Shown here: positions 39,538 to 49,752 of the stretch, one piece after another
Layout of the letters: the number at the start of each line of letters is the position of its first letter
Position numbering within the stretch: position 1 is the stretch's first letter
From: Alphaproteobacteria bacterium
GTDB taxonomy: Bacteria; Pseudomonadota; Alphaproteobacteria; SP197
NCBI GenBank assembly: GCA_965228895.1
Contig: OZ245842.1
Coordinates: forward strand, 1,536,001 to 1,600,000
Length of the DNA stretch: 64,000 nt
Direction of reading: 5' to 3'
The notes under the pieces: generated by a model
Told to the model about the DNA's origin: nothing
What the model saw: the letters and a program-made list of their open reading frames with translations, nothing else
Databases searched by the model: none
Translations under genes and position numbers: made by a program

Positions 39538-40134
39538 CTAAGAAGCATTTTCTGTTGAGTCTTTCCCGGCGTCCTTGGCCGCCTTGCGCATGGCGGCGGC
39601 CAGCATCACGGCGGTCCAGCCGGTGAACAGCAGGCTGATGCCAACCAACAGGCCAATGACCCACATATAGTCTTCGGGCAAGGCGACCCAAAGAACGACG
39701 CCCAGAACCAGATCCAGAACACCGGCAAACAGGATCCACCCCCAGCCGGGCTCGGACTTGTGCTGGAAGGCTGCGATGATCTTCGTGATGCCCTCAACGA
39801 TAAACAGCGCGATGATTATCGCCGTCAGCGCCAAGGCACCGCCGAAGGGATCAAAGAGGATTAGCGCACCGGCAACAATGGCGACCACCGAGGCCACCAA
39901 GTTCCAGGTCAAGCTGCGTCGCGAATGTTCCTTGAAGGCGGTGTAGCCACGGACAATGCCGCCGATCAACAAAAGGATGCCGATCAGAAGTGTGATCGCG
40001 ACGGTGAAGAGAAACGGCAACAAAATCGCCAGGCAGCCTAGCACGATCAACGCCGCACCCTCAAGCATCAAGGTCGACGTGCTTGTTTTCGCGGCGGCCT
40101 GGCTCACCAGGTCCGCAAAGTTCTTATCGGACAT
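39538..40134 (-). CDS. HdeD/DUF308-family membrane protein
   Basis: Six TM segments, GWGWIL, WVIGLLVGISLLFTG. Confidence 0.82.
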   Translation of the reverse strand: MSDKNFADLVSQAAAKTSTSTLMLEGAALIVLGCLAILLPFLFTVAITLLIGILLLIGGIVRGYTAFKEHSRRSLTWNLVASVVAIVAGALILFDPFGGALALTAIIIALFIVEGITKIIAAFQHKSEPGWGWILFAGVLDLVLGVVLWVALPEDYMWVIGLLVGISLLFTGWTAVMLAAAMRKAAKDAGKDSTENAS

Positions 40135-40177
40135 TCAAATCCCTCCTTCGCGGATCCCCATACGCGTGTGGGTCGTG

Positions 40178-40924
40178 TTATATCAAATGTTGACCACCGG
40201 TAATCATAATCTCCGAACCCGTCACGTAACGGGAGTCGTTGCCGCACAGGTAATAGATGGTGCCGGCGACGTCCTCGGGCGTACCCATCTGGCCGAGCGG
40301 AATGCGGGGCACAAGGTCGTCGTACTCCGGTGACAGCATGGCGGTCTCGATTTCGCCCGGCGCCACCGCGTTGACGCGAACGCCCAAGTGGGCGAACTCG
40401 ACCGCCATTTCCCGCGTCAAGGCCGACAAGGCTGCTTTGGAACAGGCGTAGGCGCTGCCGGCAAACGGATGGACGCGATGGCCGACGATCGACGTCACGT
40501 TGACGATGGCGCCCTGTCCGCGATGCAGCGGCGCGGCCAGACCGCGCGCCAAGACGAGAGGCGCAAAGAAGTTGAGCTCGAACACACCGCGCCAATGATC
40601 GAGATCGCCGTTCAGCGTGCCCAGGCGTTCCTTGAAATCGGTCTTGGGCGACATGCCTGCGTTGTTGACCAGCGCATGGACCGGACCATCGCCGATGATC
40701 GCGTTGGCTTCCTCGATAAATGCTGCGATGTCGTCTTGGTCGGAGAGGTCCGTCGGAATATGACGGTGCGGTGAATCCTCCACCTTGCGGCCAAACGGAA
40801 TGTCGTCGCGCGAACAACTGATCACGCGCCAGCCTTCTTTGACGAACCGGATGACGGTCACATGGCCGATGCCGCGGCTGGCGCCGGTGACGACCACGGT
40901 TTTCATGGCGTCGGCGTCAGCCAT
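40178..40924 (-). CDS. Short-chain dehydrogenase/reductase
   Basis: TGASRGIG, NNAG, YACSK, NAVAPG; start uncertain. Confidence 0.9.
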   Translation of the reverse strand: MADADAMKTVVVTGASRGIGHVTVIRFVKEGWRVISCSRDDIPFGRKVEDSPHRHIPTDLSDQDDIAAFIEEANAIIGDGPVHALVNNAGMSPKTDFKERLGTLNGDLDHWRGVFELNFFAPLVLARGLAAPLHRGQGAIVNVTSIVGHRVHPFAGSAYACSKAALSALTREMAVEFAHLGVRVNAVAPGEIETAMLSPEYDDLVPRIPLGQMGTPEDVAGTIYYLCGNDSRYVTGSEIMITGGQHLI

Positions 40925-41399
40925 GCCCGGGCCAGACATAGGTCACGTCGGGTTCGCCTTCGGCCTCGCTGATGCCGTAGCCGATCGGCCGAAAGCCGCG
41001 CTTTTCGTAAAACGCACGGGCTGGGCTGTTGGCCTGAAAGGTGTGCAGCGACAAGCCCTTGGGACAGCGGTTTTTGGCATCGTCCAGCAGTCGACTGCCG
41101 ATCCCCTGCCTTTGGTGACGGGGGGCGACAAACAGTTGGTCGATCAACGTGCCCTCGAGACACAGGAAACCGACAAGCGTTCCCTCGCTGTCTTCAGCCA
41201 CCCTTGCGGTGTCCCATCGGGCCATGGCTTCGTCAACGAAGGCGTCGAAGCTGCGGTCGGTATGGGGCCAAGCCATGAATTGGTAGGCCGCCCGCGTCGC
41301 GTCACGCAGGATTGCGGCAATCGCGGTCTTGTCAGCATCGACCGCATCGCGCAACCGACTTCCGGCGGGTGGCGCGTCAGACTGCGCGTTGTGGGCCAT
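40917..41399 (-). CDS. GNAT-family N-acetyltransferase
   Basis: LFVAPRHQRQGIGSRLL, NSPARAFYEKRGF. Confidence 0.85.
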   Translation of the reverse strand: MAHNAQSDAPPAGSRLRDAVDADKTAIAAILRDATRAAYQFMAWPHTDRSFDAFVDEAMARWDTARVAEDSEGTLVGFLCLEGTLIDQLFVAPRHQRQGIGSRLLDDAKNRCPKGLSLHTFQANSPARAFYEKRGFRPIGYGISEAEGEPDVTYVWPGHG

Positions 41400-41408
41400 G
41401 GGCCGTCC

Positions 41409-42272
41409 TCAATGGGTGAACAGTACCGGTACGTCGGCCTTGTTCAGCATGAAACGCGTGGCGCCGCCCAGAATAAGCTGGCGCAGCTTACCCTGACTGA
41501 ACGCACCCATGACGATGAATGACGCGTTTTCTTCATGTGCGGTGCTCAACAGCGCTTCGCCGATATGGGTCCAATCGCCGGGCAGACGGTGGCTATGGCA
41601 CGTGATGCCATGGAGCGCGAGATAGGCGGTCAGCGCCTCGGCGCTTGGCCCGCGCATGGAGCTTTCCTCTGGGCACATGATGGCGACCGAATCGGCGCCC
41701 AGCAGTAACGGCATGGCGCGATGGACCGCACGTGCCGCTTCAGCGCTGCCGTTCCAGGCAATCGCCGCCGGCCCGTTCAGGTCGCCAGCCTTTCCCGGCG
41801 GCACCAGGAGCAAACCGCTGCCCGATTCCATCAAGACGGATTCCGCGACGACCTCTTCTTTGGCGTCGCCGGCCGCGCCGGGACGCGCCGCGATAACCAG
41901 ATCCGAGAGACGGCCGCGCTCGGCGATGACTTCGTCCTCACGTCCATCCTCGATATGAAAACTTGCCGAGACCTTGCCGGCGACCGGTTCGGTTGTCTGA
42001 TCAATTCCCAGGTCCTTGCACAAGGCCTGAAAGTCCTGTTGTGCGTGGTGCGACCGGTTGTCGATATCCTGTTCGGCGGTCGAGATGATTTCTTCAATCA
42101 CCGCGCCGGTCATGCCTTCGGTCATGAACGCCACCGCGTCGCGAGGATTGCGGCGAACGTTAATGACTTCGATGTGCGCATCATAGCGTTGGCCTAGGCG
42201 AAAGGCGGTTTCCATGGCCGCCCGCGCTTCAGGATCTCCGGACGCCGCCGCCAGGATCTTTGCGATTTTCAT
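41409..42272 (-). CDS. Universal stress protein (tandem USP)
   Basis: IAWNGSAEAARA, IVMGAF, ILGGATR. Confidence 0.88.
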   Translation of the reverse strand: MKIAKILAAASGDPEARAAMETAFRLGQRYDAHIEVINVRRNPRDAVAFMTEGMTGAVIEEIISTAEQDIDNRSHHAQQDFQALCKDLGIDQTTEPVAGKVSASFHIEDGREDEVIAERGRLSDLVIAARPGAAGDAKEEVVAESVLMESGSGLLLVPPGKAGDLNGPAAIAWNGSAEAARAVHRAMPLLLGADSVAIMCPEESSMRGPSAEALTAYLALHGITCHSHRLPGDWTHIGEALLSTAHEENASFIVMGAFSQGKLRQLILGGATRFMLNKADVPVLFTH

Positions 42273-42314
42273 GAGCTGTCGCTCCGCACTGTCTCGTCTG
42301 CCCCACCCGCAATC

Positions 42315-43889
42315 CTAAGGCTCTTGGTCTTGCGTTACCACCTTCGGGTTGCCGCGAAGAACAGCTTTGGCGCGTGTCAGCGTTTCGGCAGGCGAACCGC
42401 CGGCATCGATGCGATGCCAATCAACCGTGCCGACATCATGCTTCGCTTGATGTGCGACAACGGCGGCATCGGCGTCGGAAGCATCGCCGTGGCGCAGGTC
42501 GATCCTTTCGCGCATGGCAGGCAACGGCGCCTCGAGCCAAAGGCCCGCGAACGCGACGGCGTGCTCACGGGCGACACGTTCGATGGCATTGCGTTCGTGG
42601 GCCTTGGCATAGACCGCGTCCGCGATCACCGGCCAACCCGCGGTCAGCAGGTCACCGGCAAACTTCAAGACCCGGTCATAGACCTTGCGTGTGATCTCGC
42701 TTTTGTAGGCCGCTTCGTCCAGCGGCATATCGAACGGCTGATCGAACACCATTTTCCGCAACACGTCGGACCGCAGGACGACGGCTCCGGGAACCGAGCC
42801 TGTTGATGGCGCCAGGCCGACAGCAAGGGTTGATTTGCCTGTGCCAGAGAGACCGCCGACCGCAAGAAGTTGGGGTGGGTCTGATGCCAGCAGTTCGGTC
42901 GCCAAGTGAAGGTAGCGCTGGGCGCGTCGAGCGACGTCCTGTCGTCCGGCCTCGTCGTGTTGCGCGTCGATACTCAGCGCCGACGTCTTGGCCCTGACGG
43001 CGGCGCGGCACGACAGGAAGAGTCTGAAAGCCGGCATGCCCGACCAGTCGCCGGTACGCCACAGATAGCGGTTAAGTGTCCGGTTCGCGTAATTCGGCAG
43101 ATCGCGTGCGATCAGGTCCATGACCAGGAAAGCGAGATCATACAGCACGTCGCAGCACGCGATACGGTCATCAAACTCAATGGCATCGAACAGTGTGGGT
43201 CGATCGTCGCTGAGGCAGATGTTCCGCAAGTGGAGATCGCCGTGGCAGTGCCGTACCTGGCCGCTGCGGCGTCGCGCCTCAATCAAGTCGCGTTGCGCGC
43301 CATATGCGGTCCGCGTCATGGTCGCCAGGCGCTCGACGTCGGCCTCAGAAAAGACATCGGGCGCGAACGAGGCGGTATCGGTTAGATTGCCGTCGATAAT
43401 CCAATCCATGCCCTCAGCGCCGCCCTGATCGGGACGCGGCTGGGCGACCGCATGGAGGCGTGCCACCGCGTCGGCGGCGCCGTCGATCAGGCCGTCTGTC
43501 AGGCGGCCGGTTTCGGCCATGCGATCGAACAGGCTGTCTTGATCGAAACGCCTCATCACGACGACGTAGTCCACCGGCTCGCCGTCGCCATCCATGGCCA
43601 GTCGGCCCGAAGCGTCGCGGGTGATTGCCTGAACGCCGAGATAGAGTTCCGGGGCCGTGCGCCGGTTGATTTCGATCTCTGCTTCGCAGGCTGCTTTGCG
43701 CTTTTCGCGTGTACCGTAGTCAAGGAAGGTAAACGTAACCGCGCGCTTCAGTTTGAGGGCGCGCTCTCCGCACAACGTGACGACGGCGCCATGCGTATCG
43801 ATGCGTTCGACCGCTGTCGAAGGCGGGGCGCCGAACGCCGCCGGCGATGCGATGAAGTCGATGACGTCGGACTGTCTATCCGCTGTTAT
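42315..43889 (-). CDS. Bifunctional aminoglycoside-phosphotransferase-like/AAA kinase protein; probable ATA start
   Basis: ERIDTH, KLKRAV, CHGDLHLRNI, DAIEF, Walker A GLSGTGKS, RSDVLRK; frame stays open to an ATA at 43889 preceded by GAGGG. Confidence 0.8.
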   Translation of the reverse strand: MTADRQSDVIDFIASPAAFGAPPSTAVERIDTHGAVVTLCGERALKLKRAVTFTFLDYGTREKRKAACEAEIEINRRTAPELYLGVQAITRDASGRLAMDGDGEPVDYVVVMRRFDQDSLFDRMAETGRLTDGLIDGAADAVARLHAVAQPRPDQGGAEGMDWIIDGNLTDTASFAPDVFSEADVERLATMTRTAYGAQRDLIEARRRSGQVRHCHGDLHLRNICLSDDRPTLFDAIEFDDRIACCDVLYDLAFLVMDLIARDLPNYANRTLNRYLWRTGDWSGMPAFRLFLSCRAAVRAKTSALSIDAQHDEAGRQDVARRAQRYLHLATELLASDPPQLLAVGGLSGTGKSTLAVGLAPSTGSVPGAVVLRSDVLRKMVFDQPFDMPLDEAAYKSEITRKVYDRVLKFAGDLLTAGWPVIADAVYAKAHERNAIERVAREHAVAFAGLWLEAPLPAMRERIDLRHGDASDADAAVVAHQAKHDVGTVDWHRIDAGGSPAETLTRAKAVLRGNPKVVTQDQEP

Positions 43890-43899
43890 GACGGCACCC

Positions 43900-44853
43900 T
43901 CAGTGGCTGGACGCGACGGGGCTATGGGGTTCTTCGTAACCCTCGGGGTCCTGGTGGATGATCACTTCGGCGCCCTTAAAGGCGTCGACGACCATGGCTT
44001 CGACTTCGTCGGAAAGCTCGTGGGCACGCACCAGCGATAGATGCGGATCCAGTTGCAGGTGAAACTGGATGAACGGTTGAATGCCCGAGCTGCGTGTTCT
44101 GAGGTCGTGTAGACCGCGCACTTCCGGGTGGCTCATGACGATGTCACGGATTTTTTGGCGGTCTTCGTCGGGAAACTCTCGATCCATCAGTAGGTCCAAC
44201 GAACGACGCGCCACCTTCCAAGAGCTCACCGCTATATAGATCGCAATCGCGATGGCGATCGCGGAATCGAGCCAGCGGATCCCCAACTCGCTGGCCGCGA
44301 CGAGCGCGACGATGACGCTGATGTTGATCATGATGTCCATGCGATAGTGCAGGGCATCGGCGGTGATGGCGGTCGATTGTGTGCGCTTGACAACGAAGCT
44401 CTGGAACAACACCAGGCCAATGGTCAGCACAATTGAGAAGACCATGACGGCAATGCCGATTTCGGTGTTTTCGATTGGCCGTCCGTTGCCCAACCGATGG
44501 ACCGCCTCGATGATGATGAAGACGCCGGAGCCGGCGATGAACGCGGCCTGAACCAGGCCGGCCAGGGGCTCTGCCTTGCCATGACCGAACCGATGTTCCT
44601 TGTCGGCCGGCTGCAGGGCGTGGCGAACGGCAAACAGATTGACCAGGGATGTGAACGCATCGAGCAGGGAATCGACGAGCGATGAGAGCAGGCTGACCGA
44701 GCCGGTCATGAACGCGGCGGCCAGTTTGGCGACAATCAAAACGGTCGCAACGGAGACCGAGGCGAACGTGGCCAGGCGCATTAACCGCGCCCCAGCGGCA
44801 TCGATGCGGCCTACGCCAACCGATGGTTTCTTGTCACCCGTTGCGTCCGTCAT
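43900..44853 (-). CDS. fieF: Cation diffusion facilitator (FieF-like)
   Basis: SLVDSLLD, HRFGHGKAE, DALHY, HDLRTR, IHQDP. Confidence 0.85.
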   Translation of the reverse strand: MTDATGDKKPSVGVGRIDAAGARLMRLATFASVSVATVLIVAKLAAAFMTGSVSLLSSLVDSLLDAFTSLVNLFAVRHALQPADKEHRFGHGKAEPLAGLVQAAFIAGSGVFIIIEAVHRLGNGRPIENTEIGIAVMVFSIVLTIGLVLFQSFVVKRTQSTAITADALHYRMDIMINISVIVALVAASELGIRWLDSAIAIAIAIYIAVSSWKVARRSLDLLMDREFPDEDRQKIRDIVMSHPEVRGLHDLRTRSSGIQPFIQFHLQLDPHLSLVRAHELSDEVEAMVVDAFKGAEVIIHQDPEGYEEPHSPVASSH

Positions 44854-44866
44854 CGCGCTTTGTCCG

Positions 44867-45463
44867 CTATGGAAACAGCCGCGACGTCGTCCAGGGCCCG
44901 TCGTCGCCATCACGTTCAAACACAATGCGCTCATGCAGTCGAAACGGTTTTTCCGACCAGAACTCGATCAATCCGGGAACGATTCTAAACCCCGACCAAT
45001 AGGGTGGTCGCGGGATTTCACCGATGGCAAACTTTGCCGCGTACTTGGCGACGTTCTTCTCCAGGTCGTAGCGGCTTGCCATCGCCCGTGACTGTTGCGA
45101 TGCCCAGGCGCCGATTCGACTGTCGCGATGACGGGACTGGTAATAGGTGTCGGCCTCGGCCTCGGTGACGGCCTCAACACGTCCTTGGACGCGAACCTGG
45201 CGGCCCAGCGGCATCCAATAGAAGCACAGGGCCGCCTGTGGGTTTTCCTGGAGTTCACGACCCTTGCGGCTCTCGAGGTTGGTGAAAAAGACGAATCCGT
45301 CCGGGCCGTAGCCCTTTAACAGAACCATTCTAAGTGACGGCGCTCCGTTCTTGTCGGCGCTCGCCAACGCCATCGCGGTTGGTTCCTTCAGGCCGCAATC
45401 TTTGGCTTCGGCGAACCAATCGCCGAACACTTCGATGGGATCGCGCTCCTCAATAGATGGCAT
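44867..45463 (-). CDS. pdxH: Pyridoxamine 5'-phosphate oxidase
   Basis: RMVLLK, FTNLESRKG, GAWASQQS, WSGFR, FRLHER. Confidence 0.93.
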   Translation of the reverse strand: MPSIEERDPIEVFGDWFAEAKDCGLKEPTAMALASADKNGAPSLRMVLLKGYGPDGFVFFTNLESRKGRELQENPQAALCFYWMPLGRQVRVQGRVEAVTEAEADTYYQSRHRDSRIGAWASQQSRAMASRYDLEKNVAKYAAKFAIGEIPRPPYWSGFRIVPGLIEFWSEKPFRLHERIVFERDGDDGPWTTSRLFP

Positions 45464-45679
45464 GCTGAACTCTCCGCCGCCGCACCACGTGATAACCACA
45501 AGAAAACGTAGGATTTCTTGTGGTCAAACGTGATAGATACCGTCGTCGCCGTAGGTGCCTACGGTACGCCCGTGTTATGGTAATGCCTTGTTATGGCCGG
45601 ATTTCATCCGTAAGTCCAAAACGACCTTAGCCATGGGCGCATCGCCACTTCGGCGGAAATCTGAAGCGAGGGATTGGTT

Positions 45680-46147
45680 ATGATGAAATTAAAGCTGGCA
45701 GCGGTTCTGGTGGCGTTTTCGCTGGTCACCGCGTGCGAGGGTGCGGGCGGTAAAGAAACCGCTGGTACGCTTCTGGGTGGCGCCGGCGGCGCCCTTTTGG
45801 GCGCGCAGGTTGGCAGCGGCTCAGGACAGATTCTCGCTGCCGTGGCCGGTGGCCTGGCCGGCGCGTTCCTGGGCAACCAGATCGGCCAGTCGCTGGACCG
45901 GGCCGACAAGGCGTATGCGGAACAGGCGACCCAGCAGGCGCACAACGCGCCTATCGGTCAGACGATCGCATGGAACAACCCGGACTCGGGCAATTCCGGC
46001 ACCTACACGCCGGTTCGCGACGGTTATGACAGCGGTGGCGCCTATTGCCGGGAGTATCAGACCACGGTCACGGTCGGCGGCAAGGTCGAAGAAGCCTATG
46101 GCACGGCCTGCCAGCAGCCAGACGGTTCGTGGAAAGTGGTGAACTAA
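45680..46147 (+). CDS. Glycine-zipper outer-membrane lipoprotein (Rickettsia 17-kDa antigen-like)
   Basis: Lipobox VTAC, glycine zipper, WNNPDSG, CREY, ACQQPDGSW. Confidence 0.88.
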   Translation: MMKLKLAAVLVAFSLVTACEGAGGKETAGTLLGGAGGALLGAQVGSGSGQILAAVAGGLAGAFLGNQIGQSLDRADKAYAEQATQQAHNAPIGQTIAWNNPDSGNSGTYTPVRDGYDSGGAYCREYQTTVTVGGKVEEAYGTACQQPDGSWKVVN

Positions 46148-46169
46148 GCCATCTAACTTCCTACATTAG

Positions 46170-46207
46170 GGGCGGCGTCGGAACCTTCGGCGCCGCCCTT
46201 TCTGTTT
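46170..46207 (+). terminator. Rho-independent terminator
   Basis: GGGCGGCGTCGG...TCGGCGCCGCCC hairpin followed by TTTCTGTTT. Confidence 0.75.
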
Positions 46208-46220
46208 GAGGAACCCCACC

Positions 46221-47180
46221 GTGCGTGATCCCTATGAGGTCCTGGGCGTCGACCGCAAGGCGAGCCAGGACGACATCAAAAAGGCCTATCGCAAGCTGGC
46301 GAAAAGCTCCCATCCCGACCTTCACCCCAACGACAAGGAGGTGGAAAGCCGGTTCAAGGACATTTCGGCGGCTTACGATCTGTTGTCGGACCCCGACAAG
46401 CGCGCGCGTTTCGACCGCGGCGAGATCGACGCCAGCGGTGCCGAGACGCCCCAGGGTTTTTACCGCTCCCAGGCCGGCGGCGATGATTGGAAGTACCGCG
46501 AGCGCTATGCCGGACCGTCTGGCTATGGCGACTTTGACGGCATGAGCCAAGACGAGGTCAACGACATCCTGAACGATCTGTTCGGCGGGCGGGCCCAGGG
46601 CGGTCGTGCACAGTCGGGTGGCGCGCCGCTTAAGATGCGCGGCGCCGACGTGAACTACAGTCTGAGAGTGAGTTTCCTGGAGGCCGCGCGCGGTGGCGCC
46701 AAACGCATCACGATGCCGGAAGGGCGCACCCTGGATGTCACCATTCCCGCCGGCATGGAGGACGGCAAGACCCTGCGTCTGGCGGGGCAGGGTGGTGAGG
46801 GTTTCGGCGGCGGCCCGTCAGGCGACGCCTATGTCACCATCCACATCGATCCCCATGGTTTTTTCGAGCGCAAGGACAACAACATTCATGTCGAACTGCC
46901 GGTGACGCTGCAGGAAGCCATTTTGGGCGCCAAAATCATGGTGCCGACCGTCGATGGTGAGGTGCAGATGACCGTGCCTAAGGCGTCCAACACCGGCAAG
47001 ACGATGCGGCTCAAAGGACGCGGTGTGATTGACCGTCGGTCGGGTCAGCGCGGCGATCAATACGTGAAGCTCAAGGTGGTTTTGCCCGATGAACCGGATG
47101 ATGCCTTGACCTCGTTTATCGACGTCTGGGCGCCCGACCACCCCTACGATCCACGCCAGCACATGGGGGTGAGCTCATGA
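46221..47180 (+). CDS. cbpA: DnaJ-class co-chaperone CbpA-like (no zinc finger)
   Basis: J-domain with HPD, G/F-rich region, DnaJ C-terminal domain; followed by a CbpM-like gene. Confidence 0.82.
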   Translation: MRDPYEVLGVDRKASQDDIKKAYRKLAKSSHPDLHPNDKEVESRFKDISAAYDLLSDPDKRARFDRGEIDASGAETPQGFYRSQAGGDDWKYRERYAGPSGYGDFDGMSQDEVNDILNDLFGGRAQGGRAQSGGAPLKMRGADVNYSLRVSFLEAARGGAKRITMPEGRTLDVTIPAGMEDGKTLRLAGQGGEGFGGGPSGDAYVTIHIDPHGFFERKDNNIHVELPVTLQEAILGAKIMVPTVDGEVQMTVPKASNTGKTMRLKGRGVIDRRSGQRGDQYVKLKVVLPDEPDDALTSFIDVWAPDHPYDPRQHMGVSS

Positions 47181-47503
47181 TGACGTTGGATGAACTGGTG
47201 ATCTCCGTGCGCGTCGAGCGACGCCATGTCACGAGCTGGGTCCAGGCCGGTTGGCTGTTGCCGGAAAGTGTCGAAGGCGACTGGACCTTCACCGATGTAG
47301 ACGTGGCCCGCGCGCGCCTGATCCGCGACCTCATCGACGCGTTCGAGGTGAACGACGCCGCGGTGCCGGTGATCCTGGATCTGATCGATCAGCGCCAGGC
47401 GCTGGAAGGTCGTATGCGCGATTTGTTTGCTGCGCTGGGCGAGGAGCCGGCGGCCGTCAGACGCGGTGTGCTGACCCGCTGTCTTATGCGTCGCGACGGG
47501 TGA
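47177..47503 (+). CDS. cbpM: Chaperone modulator CbpM-like (MerR-like fold)
   Basis: WVQAGWL, DVARARLIRDL, ILDLIDQ; ATGA overlap with cbpA. Confidence 0.78.
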   Translation: MMTLDELVISVRVERRHVTSWVQAGWLLPESVEGDWTFTDVDVARARLIRDLIDAFEVNDAAVPVILDLIDQRQALEGRMRDLFAALGEEPAAVRRGVLTRCLMRRDG

Positions 47504-47618
47504 CGGCGGCGGCACGCTGCTTTGCCGCTATCGGTGTTTCGTGTAGGATCGCCGCGGCAAAGGGGGGCAGCCGCAAGCCGGCGCTACCGTATCTGTAACT
47601 GAAGACGATGAGGGTTTG

Positions 47619-48431
47619 ATGACCGAGCCACGCCCACTCATGGCGGGCAAACGCGGGTTGATCATGGGCGTGGCAAACGACCGCTCGATCGCCTGGGGCA
47701 TCGCGTCGGCGCTGGCTGACCATGGTGCCGAGCTTGCCTTTACCTATCAGGGCGAGGCCCTGGGAAAGCGCGTCATTCCGCTGGCCGAACGGGTGGGCAG
47801 CGATCTGGTCATCGAATGCGATGTCACCGATATGGCCAGTGTCGATGCGACGTTTGCCAAGTTGGAAAAGGCCTGGGACAGCTTGGACTTCGTTGTCCAC
47901 GCGATCGCGTTTTCGGACAAGGAAGAGCTCAAGGGCCGTTATGTCGACACGTCGCGCGACAACTTCCTCAGGACCATGGAAATCTCCTGCTACTCGTTCA
48001 CCGCTGTCGCACAACGCGCCGAAGCGATGATGAACGAGGGCGGCAGCCTGATCACGCTGACCTATTACGGTGCTGAGCGAGTCATGCCCCATTACAACGT
48101 CATGGGCGTGGCCAAGGCGGCGCTTGAGGCAAGCGTGCGATATCTGGCCGCCGATCTCGGCGAAAAGGCAATCCGCGTCAACGCGATCTCGGCCGGACCG
48201 ATCAAGACGCTGGCTGCGTCCGGCATCGGCGACTTCCGCTACATCCTGAAATGGAATCAGTACAACTCGCCGCTGGTTCGTAACGTCACGATCGATGAAG
48301 TCGGCGGCGCGGCGCTCTATCTGGCCTCCGATCTGTCGACGGCGGTGACCGGCGAGGTCCATCACGTCGACTGCGGCTACCATGTAGTCGGCATGAAGAA
48401 CCCGAAGGCGCCGGACATCACGGTCGTCTGA
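47619..48431 (+). CDS. fabI: Enoyl-ACP reductase
   Basis: GVANDRSIAWGIA, YNVMGVAKAALE, ISAGPIKTLA. Confidence 0.95.
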   Translation: MTEPRPLMAGKRGLIMGVANDRSIAWGIASALADHGAELAFTYQGEALGKRVIPLAERVGSDLVIECDVTDMASVDATFAKLEKAWDSLDFVVHAIAFSDKEELKGRYVDTSRDNFLRTMEISCYSFTAVAQRAEAMMNEGGSLITLTYYGAERVMPHYNVMGVAKAALEASVRYLAADLGEKAIRVNAISAGPIKTLAASGIGDFRYILKWNQYNSPLVRNVTIDEVGGAALYLASDLSTAVTGEVHHVDCGYHVVGMKNPKAPDITVV

Positions 48432-48461
48432 TGCTATCTCACTCACGTGGAACCTGCGCCG

Positions 48462-48524
48462 GCCCGCTCCCCCACCCGGCCACCCCGAGGATGCTGCCAT
48501 GGGTGGCCGGGTGGGGGAGCGGGC
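48462..48524 (+). repeat. Intergenic palindromic (REP-like) element, copy 1
   Basis: Perfect 24-bp stem with loop CGAGGATGCTGCCAT. Confidence 0.85.
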
Positions 48525-48559
48525 TGATGATGCCAGCGAAGCGGGCGAGTACCTAAACC

Positions 48560-49630
48560 ATGGCTGGCAATAGCTTTGGTCATCTGTTCCGGTTCACGAC
48601 CTGGGGCGAAAGCCATGGGCCGGAGATCGGCGTTGTGATTGATGGCGTGCCGCCGCGCATTCCGTTGAATGAAGCTGACGTGCAGGCGTGGATGGATCGG
48701 CGCAAGCCCGGCCAGTCGCGTTTCACCACGCAGCGGCGTGAACCCGACGAGGTCAAGATCGTCTCCGGCGTGTTCGAAGGCGTTACGACCGGTACGCCGC
48801 TCGCCATGATCGTCGAGAACATGGACCAACGGTCCAAAGACTACGGTGACATCAAGGACAAATGGCGGCCCGGTCATGCCGACTTCACCTATGACGCCAA
48901 GTACGGCGTGCGCGACTATCGCGGCGGCGGGCGGTCAAGCGCCCGCGAGACCGCCATGCGCGTCGCCGCCGGCGCGGTCGCGCGCAAGGTGTTGGGCGAC
49001 GGCGTCACGATCAAGGGCGCCGTCGTGCAGATCGGCCCCTACAAGATCAACAGGGACCGCTGGGATTGGTCGGCGGTCGAAAAGAACCCGTTCTGGTCGC
49101 CGGATGCCCAGATGGCTGGCGAGTGGGAAGGTTTTCTGGACGGCGTCAGGAAACAAGGTTCATCCGCGGGCGCGGTGATCGAGGTTGTAGCCTCTGGCGT
49201 GCCGGTCGGCCTGGGCAGTCCGGTCTACGACAAGGTGGATGCCGATCTCGCCAAGGCCATGCTCAGCATCAACGCAGTCAAGGGCGTGGAGATCGGAGAC
49301 GGTTTTAAGCTCGCCGCCGAGCCGGGCGAGACCGCTGCTGATGAAATGCGCGTGGAAGGTGACACGCCGGTCTTTCTCTCCAACCACAACGGCGGTGTGC
49401 TCGGCGGCATCTCGACCGGTCAGGATGTCGTCGCGCGGTTCGCGGTCAAGCCGACCAGCTCGATCATGCATGAACGCCAGACAGTCGACCGCAACGGCAA
49501 CGAGACGACGGTGCAGGTCAAGGGCCGCCATGACCCCTGTGTCGGCATCCGTGCCGTACCGGTTGGCGAGGCGATGATGGCCTGCGTGCTCGCCGACCAT
49601 CTGTTGCGCCACAAGGCGCAGTGCGGCTAG
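48560..49630 (+). CDS. aroC: Chorismate synthase
   Basis: [30 protein letters not shown]. Confidence 0.96.
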   Translation: MAGNSFGHLFRFTTWGESHGPEIGVVIDGVPPRIPLNEADVQAWMDRRKPGQSRFTTQRREPDEVKIVSGVFEGVTTGTPLAMIVENMDQRSKDYGDIKDKWRPGHADFTYDAKYGVRDYRGGGRSSARETAMRVAAGAVARKVLGDGVTIKGAVVQIGPYKINRDRWDWSAVEKNPFWSPDAQMAGEWEGFLDGVRKQGSSAGAVIEVVASGVPVGLGSPVYDKVDADLAKAMLSINAVKGVEIGDGFKLAAEPGETAADEMRVEGDTPVFLSNHNGGVLGGISTGQDVVARFAVKPTSSIMHERQTVDRNGNETTVQVKGRHDPCVGIRAVPVGEAMMACVLADHLLRHKAQCG

Positions 49631-49654
49631 AGATTCTCGCTCGCGCGCATTCGG

Positions 49655-49725
49655 CACCGGCCCGCTCCCCTCCCGGCCACCCATGGCAGCATCCTCGGGG
49701 TGGCCGGGAGGGGAGTGGGCCGGTG
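49655..49725 (-). repeat. Intergenic palindromic element, copy 2 (inverted)
   Basis: 28-bp stem (one G.T); loop is the reverse complement of CGAGGATGCTGCCAT. Confidence 0.85.
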
Positions 49726-49752
49726 ATGCGACTGAGCACGAAGTGCTACTAG

